A stretch of 64,000 bases of DNA from the IMG/VR virus record IMGVR_UViG_3300025782_000006; one strand, given 5' to 3'. Of the stretch, positions 41,075 to 47,804 are shown in pieces. Made by a program: the position numbers and the translations under genes. This stretch comes from an uncultured virus (IMG/VR IMGVR_UViG_3300025782_000006) (Duplodnaviria > Heunggongvirae > Uroviricota > Caudoviricetes). The notes under the pieces were generated by a model. The model saw only the letters and a program-made list of their open reading frames with translations, searched no databases and had not been told where the DNA came from. The stretch's first letter is position 1. Each line of letters opens with the position of its first letter.

Positions 41075-41148
41075 TGGTGGAGGATGAGAGAATCGAACTC
41101 TCAATCTCGGCTTGCAAAGCCGATGTTATCCCATTTAACTAATCCCCC
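41075..41148 (-). tRNA. tRNA-Ala(TGC)
   Basis: TCGGC-TTTGCAA-GCCGA; G3:U70. Confidence 0.92.
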
Positions 41149-41152
41149 AATT

Positions 41153-41228
41153 TGGTACAAGGTAAAGGGATCGAACCTTTGACCTACGGCTTGTAAGGCC
41201 GCCGCTCTACCAGCTGAGCTAACCTTGC
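41153..41228 (-). tRNA. tRNA-Val(TAC)
   Basis: GCGGC-CTTACAA-GCCGT. Confidence 0.92.
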
Positions 41229-41238
41229 ATAATTCATT

Positions 41239-41315
41239 TGGCCGGCCCTGACGGATTCGAACCGCCAACCGCTAGTTTCGAAGACTAGAACTCTAATCCA
41301 TTGAGCTAAGGGCCG
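41239..41315 (-). tRNA. tRNA-Arg(TCG)
   Basis: CTAGT-CTTCGAA-ACTAG. Confidence 0.9.
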
Positions 41316-41318
41316 ATT

Positions 41319-41396
41319 TGGAGCAACGGGTAGGATTTGAACCTACGGCTTTCAGGATTTGCAGTCCCGTGCATTGGGCCACTCTGCCACCGTTGC
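41319..41396 (-). tRNA. tRNA-Cys(GCA)
   Basis: CGGGA-CTGCAAA-TCCTG; U73. Confidence 0.92.
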
Positions 41397-41402
41397 ATTG
41401 TT

Positions 41403-41479
41403 TGGTGCCTCGACCAAGACTCGAACTTGGGACCCCCGCGTTATCAACACGGTGCTCTAACCAACTGAGCTATCGAGGC
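41403..41479 (-). tRNA. tRNA-Ile(GAT)
   Basis: CCGTG-TTGATAA-CGCGG. Confidence 0.92.
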
Positions 41480-41483
41480 TGAT

Positions 41484-41645
41484 TGGTGCCGGTTGATTGG
41501 CTCAAGCCGGCAAAGCCTGTTACATTGCAGGACCGTTGCCGTTCCTGAATCCCACTACACCACCTTCGGCCTGTCTGACGCTGTTCTATCCTGCCAGAAG
41601 AAGTCTCCAAAGTGGTTGAGTTTGGATGACGCTGTTAGATGGTGA
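41484..41645 (-). ncRNA. Candidate ncRNA ending in a CCA minihelix
   Basis: 3' end GCCGGCTTGA-GCCAA-TCAACCGGC-ACCA; GC-rich, ORF-free; spaced like a tRNA gene; 5' boundary uncertain. Confidence 0.4.
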
Positions 41646-42020
41646 TTATTTTGAACTGAGTTGCTCGATGCGAGCGATTGATTCGGGTGTTGCTTCTTCA
41701 TCGAGTCCTTCTTGCCGCTGGGTATCAAATGCTATTTTCCAGGTTTTAGGATCAGGATTGGTAGCACTCATGTTTCCTTGATGATTACGATTGTATTCAG
41801 CCATTGCTTGTTCGGCATTCATATCAGTCAACACTCTTGCGTAGAACCAGGCCTGATGCCAAGTAAACGGATCAATCCATTTGTTTTCACTTTTTGCTTG
41901 TGCTAACGCTGGTTCTAACCGAGGGTCGTGCGGCAATGTTCTGTCTTTCTTAAAGCGGTCAAAGATACCCTCGTGGATCTTGCCATCTACTAAGTCAATG
42001 TATTCTCTAAGTGTTTTCAT
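41646..42020 (-). CDS. Hypothetical protein (possible head-internal protein)
   Basis: MKTLREYIDLV...EGIFD; C-terminal LDEEATPESIARIEQL. Confidence 0.55.
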   Translation of the reverse strand: MKTLREYIDLVDGKIHEGIFDRFKKDRTLPHDPRLEPALAQAKSENKWIDPFTWHQAWFYARVLTDMNAEQAMAEYNRNHQGNMSATNPDPKTWKIAFDTQRQEGLDEEATPESIARIEQLSSK

Positions 42021-42161
42021 AATAATATTTAGTTTAACATAAGATATTCTATTTGTCAAGTCCTAAAAAGTGCGTGTGTCCGTGGATAGATGATAAATAA
42101 AAGTGTAGTTCGCGGTGGTGGAACACCCAACTACTCTAACGCAACAAAGGAGCGATCAGCA

Positions 42162-42911
42162 ATGATATTTACTACTATTCCGTTTACCTACCTAATAAGA
42201 TGGTCTAAACACGACATTAACTATTATGGTGTCCGTTATGCCCGCGGCTGTAAACCCGAAGACTTATGGACTCGATACTTTACTTCTTCCGACCGTATCC
42301 AAGAATGCCGCGAACTTTACGGCGAGCCCGATATTATCGAAGTCCGTAAAACATTTAAGCATCACGATATTGCCCGTGCCTGGGAACATAGGGTTCTAAC
42401 ACGAATCAACGCTGTCCAAAAACCTAACTGGTTAAACGAACACGCTGGCGGCAAAAAAGGATTCCGCATCAAATACGGAGCCGAACATCAAAACTATGGT
42501 AAGCGTTGGACATTTACCGAAGAGCAACGCCAACACCAAGTAGATACTCATAAAAATCTACGCTGGTGGAACAACGGCACGGAACAAGCATTTAGCGAAG
42601 TTCCTCCCGGCCCAGATTACAAACGAGGACGACTGCCATTTAATAACCGCGGAGCCAAAATAGGAGCCAAGGTCAATAGTCAAAAATACTGGATTACCGA
42701 CGGCACTAACGAAGAGATGATCTTTAAGACCGACCTTATCCCTGCTGGATATGCTCCAGGAAGAATAGAGTCAGTATTAAAAGGTAAAACAAATCACGCT
42801 CGCGGAACGCACTGGTGGACCGACGGAACTACAACTAAAATGTCCGAAGATTGCCCTGGCCCAGAATGGCGTCGCGGCCGAACTACATGGCCGGCCCATT
42901 CCCATTCCTAA
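42162..42911 (+). CDS. Seg-like (GIY-YIG-related) homing endonuclease with W(W/I)xxGT repeats
   Basis: FTYLIRW...YYGVR...YFTSS...WEHRVL...WLN; three repeats ending in ..G(Y/W)..GR. Confidence 0.75.
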   Translation: MIFTTIPFTYLIRWSKHDINYYGVRYARGCKPEDLWTRYFTSSDRIQECRELYGEPDIIEVRKTFKHHDIARAWEHRVLTRINAVQKPNWLNEHAGGKKGFRIKYGAEHQNYGKRWTFTEEQRQHQVDTHKNLRWWNNGTEQAFSEVPPGPDYKRGRLPFNNRGAKIGAKVNSQKYWITDGTNEEMIFKTDLIPAGYAPGRIESVLKGKTNHARGTHWWTDGTTTKMSEDCPGPEWRRGRTTWPAHSHS

Positions 42912-43470
42912 ACCCAATCGTTCCTCCCTCATCTTTAATCCTCTTTAATACATCTTCGAAGAGGATCGGAGCGAAGTCTGGTGTCTGCTCTACGCATACG
43001 CAATGATAGCGAACATCGATTACATCTGTGCGTCCGCTTGTTGCTAATGGTCGCATAACACGATTAGCATGGAGGTGGCCATGGACATTCGTGCCAAATC
43101 TTCCAAGACTTTCTGGATGGACTGGAATGTGCGACAGGATAAGTCCATTCATGACATGATATCCTCGTAAACTTCTAAAGTAAGGCGTATAGTCCTCATC
43201 TTTAAAGATATCGTGATTACCGCGGATAAGAACTTTGTCACCGTTAAGTCTATTCAAGATAGGTAGTGCCCTGCGATTGATAACCACATCACCTAGGTGA
43301 TAAACTTTATCATTTGGTCGAACTCGTTCGTTCCATGCTCGAACCATGGCTTCATCCATCTCTGCGGCATCATCCCAGGGACGAAGCGGTGTAACACCAT
43401 CGTTGCGAGTGAAGCGACATACACCTGCGTGTCCAAAATGCGTGTCTGATACTAAAAATACTGCTGGCAT
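42883..43470 (-). CDS. Calcineurin-like metallophosphoesterase
   Basis: SDTHFGH, HLGDV, RGNHD, SHIP, HGHLH. Confidence 0.92.
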   Translation of the reverse strand: MPAVFLVSDTHFGHAGVCRFTRNDGVTPLRPWDDAAEMDEAMVRAWNERVRPNDKVYHLGDVVINRRALPILNRLNGDKVLIRGNHDIFKDEDYTPYFRSLRGYHVMNGLILSHIPVHPESLGRFGTNVHGHLHANRVMRPLATSGRTDVIDVRYHCVCVEQTPDFAPILFEDVLKRIKDEGGTIGFRNGNGPAM

Positions 43471-43484
43471 ACTCGCCTCCTTTC

Positions 43485-43943
43485 TTATTTAAAATTACGC
43501 CAATCGTCAATGTTGGGCTTTTCATTTTCATCATAAGTCCAACCCAACGCCTTCATCATACGGTGCTTTACTAAAAGATTAGGGCTACGAAAACGTTCTG
43601 TATCATCAAAGCCCATCATAACTCCAACTTCACAAACTGCACCGCTACGACAAATACCTGCAAAACAATGTACAACTACGTTCATACGATTGTCTAACGC
43701 ATGTTGTAATAGAGCCACAAGTCGTGCCGCATCTTCATGACTACACTTCATTGCTTCATCTAAAACTTCGTCCTTTTCTTCTACATCTAAAAATTCAAAG
43801 TTATGTATTTCTTTGAATTTGTGTACAGGAGTAGGACGCCAACTTGCTGGATCAACAATACTGATCAGCATACTATTCTCGCCAGCATCATGATGAAACT
43901 TTGTTGAAACATCACTAGCCGCTACATTTTCAATCCACGGCAT
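43485..43943 (-). CDS. Protein-tyrosine/dual-specificity phosphatase-like protein
   Basis: VHCFAGICRS (CX5R); start reset to ATG 43943 (GGAGG RBS) because the longer ORF overlaps tRNA-Asn. Confidence 0.8.
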   Translation of the reverse strand: MPWIENVAASDVSTKFHHDAGENSMLISIVDPASWRPTPVHKFKEIHNFEFLDVEEKDEVLDEAMKCSHEDAARLVALLQHALDNRMNVVVHCFAGICRSGAVCEVGVMMGFDDTERFRSPNLLVKHRMMKALGWTYDENEKPNIDDWRNFK

Positions 43944-43963
43944 AATGCCTCCTTTTTTTGTTT

Positions 43964-44039
43964 TGGCTCCCCGAGCTGGGCTCGAACCAGCGACACCGTG
44001 ATTAACAGTCACGTGCTCTACCAACTGAGCTATCAGGGA
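43964..44039 (-). tRNA. tRNA-Asn(GTT)
   Basis: CGTGA-CTGTTAA-TCACG. Confidence 0.92.
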
Positions 44040-44046
44040 ATTGTAT

Positions 44047-44122
44047 TGGCGCTCTGTACGAGATTCGAACTCGTGTACCCGCCGTGAAAGGGCGGTGTCC
44101 TAGGCCTCTAGACGAACAGAGC
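44047..44122 (-). tRNA. tRNA-Glu(TTC)
   Basis: CCGCC-CTTTCAC-GGCGG. Confidence 0.92.
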
Positions 44123-44126
44123 AAAT

Positions 44127-44201
44127 TGGCGGTCCCAACCGGAATCGAACCGGTCTCTCCTCAGTGACAGTGAGGAATACTAACCGATATACTATAGGAC
44201 C
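44127..44201 (-). tRNA. tRNA-Asp(GTC)
   Basis: CCTCA-CTGTCAC-TGAGG. Confidence 0.92.
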
Positions 44202-44626
44202 AATTTACTACCTTTAGGCATACGACCAGTGCGTATAGCATTACCCAACTTTGCCGCGGCCTTTAATCTTTTTCTACCTTCCTCACTAACATTTTTTACA
44301 CCCCAAGTATCTGTTTGGGAATGACAGTTAGGACAAAGATATCTTAAATTCTCAACTACATTGTTAGTATTGTTGCCATCAATGTGATCAATCTGCAAAC
44401 TTAAAGGTTTTCCTTTATGAGTTCCGTTATTATCACATTCAACACACTTATATTCTGTATTTTTCTTAAAATACGTATAAGCATTTGCTCTTGTATATAC
44501 ACCACTCTCTATTTTTTCATTTAGAGAATGTTTTTTTTGGCAAGCAATACTACAATATTTTCCAGATTTTTGTGATGGCATCCATCTAAAATCATTTTTA
44601 CAGCATAAACAGGTTGCAATAGGCAT
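44192..44626 (-). CDS. HNH endonuclease
   Basis: LQIDHIDGNNTNN..ENLRYLCPNCHSQT; stop codon lies inside the 5' end of tRNA-Asp. Confidence 0.9.
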   Translation of the reverse strand: MPIATCLCCKNDFRWMPSQKSGKYCSIACQKKHSLNEKIESGVYTRANAYTYFKKNTEYKCVECDNNGTHKGKPLSLQIDHIDGNNTNNVVENLRYLCPNCHSQTDTWGVKNVSEEGRKRLKAAAKLGNAIRTGRMPKGSKLVL

Positions 44627-44679
44627 AGGTTAGTTCTCCTTATATCTATTTATCATTCTAACCTGTTATTTATAATTTA

Positions 44680-44746
44680 TGGGAACCTGTTGCCTAGGGC
44701 GTTTTTAGTGCCTAGGTCCGCGGTTGCCTTCCGGACTTGATTCCCA
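44680..44746 (-). ncRNA. Candidate small three-way-junction RNA
   Basis: TGGGAA/TTCCCA closing stem with GTCCG/CGGAC and CCTAGG/CCTAGG hairpins. Confidence 0.4.
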
Positions 44747-44827
44747 CTTACTTCTCAGCAGATCGAGAATGCTCGACGCGGCTAGTGCTTACACACTATT
44801 CAATACAGTCGCCACTGTAACCGAGTT

Positions 44828-44924
44828 TGGTGGACGCTCTTGGAGTTGAACCAAGACGGCTTGACTAAGTAGTCAATTATGAAGCCTTAACAGGTCTTAC
44901 CGTAAGCCAATTTTAACAACGCCC
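44828..44924 (-). ncRNA. tRNA-like RNA with Ala identity (mini-tmRNA-like)
   Basis: Acceptor GGGCGTT/AGCGTCC-A-CCA with G3:U70; T-arm CTTGG-TTCAACT-CCAAG; no canonical D or anticodon arm. Confidence 0.65.
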
Positions 44925-44947
44925 GTAAACAAAATGGTAATAACTTA

Positions 44948-45060
44948 CCATACAACTAAACACTCGGAGGTATCGGAGAGCAAATACATTGACCTCTCAG
45001 CAACTCAACGGAATTTTAATTTGCTCTTACCGTTTGTTGTTGGAATGTTTATGTGTATGG
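44948..45060 (-). ncRNA. Candidate kissing-loop RNA
   Basis: Long closing stem; two internal hairpins whose loops carry complementary AGAGCAAAT/ATTTGCTCT. Confidence 0.55.
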
Positions 45061-45187
45061 TGTCTTATCGTCTTTTTCATGCCCGCTATCGTCAATAGCA
45101 CACGCATTTCATATATTGTCAGACTCAAGCGATTCTGTTTGGGGTACATGTTGACTAGACATAACCTCCCTCCCGATCTACTCTCAA

Positions 45188-45279
45188 ACCATATTGAAAC
45201 ACACTACCTACGCACCATACGGCGTAGCCCACCCGTGGAACCTTTGATCAACTCCGGCCTAAGTATGCTTCAATATAGT
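45188..45279. repeat. Stem element sharing an 18-nt repeat with 40011-40028
   Basis: ACCATATTGAAACACACT at 45188 and 40011, each with an imperfect downstream complement. Confidence 0.65.
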
Positions 45280-45342
45280 AACCCCTCCCGGGGTGCTAAT
45301 ATTCTACTTAAATTGTTAATGAACTTTAACTACTAAAACAAT

Positions 45343-45371
45343 AGTATAGCATTTTGGCAATTAAAGGACAA
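45343..45371 (-). promoter_or_regulatory. Sigma70-type promoter with conserved spacer
   Basis: TTGTCC-TTTAATTGCCAAAATGC-TATACT. Confidence 0.65.
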
Positions 45372-45383
45372 CCATAATAAACA

Positions 45384-45457
45384 TGGAGCGGGATAAGGGA
45401 ATCGAACCCTCGTTCTCAGCTTGGAAGGCTGGAGTAATACCATTATACGAATCCCGC
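45384..45457 (-). tRNA. tRNA-Gly(TCC)
   Basis: CCAGC-CTTCCAA-GCTGA; U73. Confidence 0.92.
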
Positions 45458-45463
45458 ATTGTT

Positions 45464-45537
45464 TGGCGACCCTCCAGGGAATCGAACCCCGATCTGCGGT
45501 TTTGGAGACCGATGTAATGCCATTATACCAGAGAGTC
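45464..45537 (-). tRNA. tRNA-Trp(CCA)
   Basis: CGGT-CTCCAAA-ACCG. Confidence 0.92.
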
Positions 45538-45542
45538 ATACG

Positions 45543-45618
45543 TGGAGCGGGAAAGGAGGTTCGAACTCCCGACCTATACCTTGGCAAGGTATCGCTCTAC
45601 CAGCTGAGCTATTCCCGC
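45543..45618 (-). tRNA. tRNA-Gly(GCC)
   Basis: ATACC-TTGCCAA-GGTAT. Confidence 0.93.
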
Positions 45619-45627
45619 TTTGAAACT

Positions 45628-45711
45628 TGGTGGAGCATCCTGGGATCGAACCAGGCATGTCAAAGACGGCGGATTTACAGTCCACTGCATCACCGTTGAT
45701 GCTTCTGCTCC
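45628..45711 (-). tRNA. tRNA-Tyr(GTA)
   Basis: GTGGA-CTGTAAA-TCCGC; long variable arm. Confidence 0.92.
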
Positions 45712-46010
45712 TGTGTATTGTAAAGTATACTAGTCTATATGCCCCGTGTCAAGTGGGGTGGTAACCCGAATGGACGTTTACCCGCTCGTCATCTAGTATA
45801 CTTTAGAATACCCTCTCTTTCGAAAGGATATGCTAGGGCTATACCCCAGCCTGTAATTTTTTACACCACACAAGGTGCTCCATCCCACAGTCCGCCCATT
45901 TAGCTGTTTATAGTGTAGCAAGGATCTCGTTCCCTATACCACTTTACTGCCGATCAAAGATAGTCTGGCCAAAAAACGTACCAGTCATCTTCATAACCTC
46001 AATCCACTTA

Positions 46011-46181
46011 TCAGCGTGAGGAGTATTTCGACCCCCTTGCAGACTCCTGTAACTTCGCGGCTTCTGCTAATGCTTTGACTTGAGCTTCTGCTCTTGCTAC
46101 CTTTGCTTCCATTAGTGCAACTTTTTCTTCGTGTGAGAGGACAAAGTGTGATACGTTTCGTTTTTCGTTCTTATGTTCCAT
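46011..46181 (-). CDS. Small coiled-coil-like protein (56 aa), first gene after the attenuator
   Basis: Manual translation MEHKNEKRNVSHFVLSHEEKVALMEAKVARAEAQVKALAEAAKLQESARGSKYSSR; RBS AGGAGAAGGA. Confidence 0.65.
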   Translation of the reverse strand: MEHKNEKRNVSHFVLSHEEKVALMEAKVARAEAQVKALAEAAKLQESARGSKYSSR

Positions 46182-46193
46182 TTTCCTTCTCCT

Positions 46194-46232
46194 AAAAATA
46201 AAAAACCCCGGAGTGTTTAATTCCAGGGCTTT
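46194..46232 (-). terminator. Intrinsic terminator of the putative attenuator
   Basis: GCCCTGGA-ATTAAACAC-TCCGGGGT followed by TTTTTATTTTT. Confidence 0.8.
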
Positions 46233-46275
46233 AATTAAAATATGGTGTAAAAATATATACTCTAATTAAAACCCT
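46225..46275 (-). promoter_or_regulatory. Antiterminator hairpin
   Basis: AGGGTTTTAATTAGAGTAT pairs with ATATTTTAATTAAAGCCCT (19 contiguous pairs including 3 G:U) and sequesters the terminator 5' arm. Confidence 0.75.
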
Positions 46276-46384
46276 CAACGTAATCGCGTTCGCTATTAAT
46301 CATTGGGCATACTGCTGACCAATAGGCTAACCCGCCTAATGTTGGCTGTAATTTTGCGGAATGATTAAAAGTGTTCGTTCTCAT
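46262..46384 (-). CDS. Putative attenuator leader peptide containing all 20 amino acids
   Basis: MRTNTFNHSAKLQPTLGGLAYWSAVCPMINSERDYVEGFN-TAG; last codons and stop form the antiterminator 5' arm. Confidence 0.7.
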   Translation of the reverse strand: MRTNTFNHSAKLQPTLGGLAYWSAVCPMINSERDYVEGFN

Positions 46385-46393
46385 AATTTAAGT

Positions 46394-46422
46394 ATTATAG
46401 TTTATTTATCTTTTTATGTCAA
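46394..46422 (-). promoter_or_regulatory. Perfect-consensus sigma70 promoter
   Basis: TTGACA-17 nt-TATAAT, 9 nt before the leader ATG. Confidence 0.85.
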
Positions 46423-47552
46423 CCAATATAGATATCTTTTTTGTTAAATTTGCCCAAACAGTAGAGTCTAGTGTTTAAAGGGCTTAGCCCTACCATTACC
46501 CCATGTTTGTAGTCTAACAAGCTTCGATCAACCGACGTTAAACTTTGTTTAATATGCCAGCGCCAGCCGTCGAAGAATCTTCTATTGTAGCGTACAACCC
46601 AGAAGTCAACTTCTTGCATGATCGAACCCGAAAACTTATCTGTTTGAAAAGTGTGTATGTTATACTCCGGGTAACAAACTCGAATATATGTATCACGAGG
46701 AACGCTATGACCCCTAGTTATTTCTTGAGTTATCAAAGCCATTTCATCTGCGTTGGCTGTTGTTTCGTAGTAGTGCTTTAGTTCGTGTGCTTGGGCTATA
46801 GCAAGCTCGGGCATCTGTGGAGACCAAAAGAAAGCTTCGCTAATACGTTCTGGATCAGGATCTGCAGGTCCAATTCTATCAACAAAGTACGAATAAAAAT
46901 TACCGTCTTTGATGTGGCACATAGTTTTTTCAAAACCATAGATGACGCCTACAGATTTTCCTTGCCTTACTGCTTCACACTCCCATTCACTTTTTCTACT
47001 GTATCTAAAAAAGGATCCCATGCTTAGATAGTGTCCGCCCTTTTTTAACTTTTCTTCGTTAAAATCATGTTCGTATTCTTCAGAATAATCATCAATACAA
47101 ATACGTGTATTGGGAAATCTTTTGGCAACGTCTTCTAAGACCGGTAGTACTGCATAGTCGTACTCACTGCTGTGATTTATATTGCTAAAATCAGTTGGGT
47201 TAGCCGGAGTATATTTTTTCTGTGCTAAAGGCCAACGTGTGTATACTTCATCTACATGAATGCCATTTGATAAAAAACTATAAAGAGTAGTCCAGGAATC
47301 ACTGCCGCCACTAAAGTTTATCACAATATAATCGTAGGTGTCTCGAAGTTGCTGTGCTCTTAATTTATATAATTCTTGCAAAGTTCCTGCGGGACGTTTA
47401 GTCCAATTACAGGTAGAAAATACTTCATCATAAAAATTAAAAACTACGGGATTACCAGTCTTAGATGCAAATTGAAGTGCTTCAAGTTTGTTGGTATAGA
47501 CTGTGCCACCTACCTCGTAATGACCATAGTTATTATTGTTTTGGATTATCAT
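46419..47552 (-). CDS. PP-loop protein, paralogue of 38449..39756
   Basis: ELYKLRAQQLRDTYDYIVINFSGGSDS; start reset to 47552 because the longer ORF overlaps tRNA-Leu. Confidence 0.6.
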   Translation of the reverse strand: MIIQNNNNYGHYEVGGTVYTNKLEALQFASKTGNPVVFNFYDEVFSTCNWTKRPAGTLQELYKLRAQQLRDTYDYIVINFSGGSDSWTTLYSFLSNGIHVDEVYTRWPLAQKKYTPANPTDFSNINHSSEYDYAVLPVLEDVAKRFPNTRICIDDYSEEYEHDFNEEKLKKGGHYLSMGSFFRYSRKSEWECEAVRQGKSVGVIYGFEKTMCHIKDGNFYSYFVDRIGPADPDPERISEAFFWSPQMPELAIAQAHELKHYYETTANADEMALITQEITRGHSVPRDTYIRVCYPEYNIHTFQTDKFSGSIMQEVDFWVVRYNRRFFDGWRWHIKQSLTSVDRSLLDYKHGVMVGLSPLNTRLYCLGKFNKKDIYIG

Positions 47553-47570
47553 GAGAAGAGTTTCTAAATT

Positions 47571-47655
47571 TGGTGCCCCAAGCGAGACTCGAACTCGCAC
47601 ACCTTACGATACTGGCTTCTAAGACCAGCGTGTCTACCAATTCCACCATCGGGGC
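47571..47655 (-). tRNA. tRNA-Leu(TAG)
   Basis: CTGGT-CTTAGAA-GCCAG; long variable arm. Confidence 0.92.
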
Positions 47656-47679
47656 AATACTTTACTTATACTACAAATT

Positions 47680-47767
47680 TGGTGGGCCGGGAGGGACTTG
47701 AACCCACAATGAGCTTTCGCTGGTCGATTATGAGTCGACTGCCTGCAACCAATACGGCGTCCGGCCC
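47680..47767 (-). tRNA. tRNA(CAT), Ile2-like, with long variable arm
   Basis: GGGCC acceptor; GTCGA-CTCATAA-TCGAC; extra arm AGC-GAAA-GCT. Confidence 0.75.
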
Positions 47768-47804
47768 AACTAAGCAACTATTATATACTATTTGCGATTA
47801 AAGG

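Noticed and set aside
44828..44924. Selenocysteine/opal suppressor tRNA (CTTCATA) or Met tRNA
   Set aside because: No 7-nt loop closed by a proper anticodon stem; 7-bp acceptor with Ala determinants rather than Sec geometry
45109..45162. 17-codon minus-strand ORF MSSQHVPQTESLESDNI after GGAGG
   Set aside because: Too short to support; SD-ATG spacing is ambiguous and the region may instead be structured RNA
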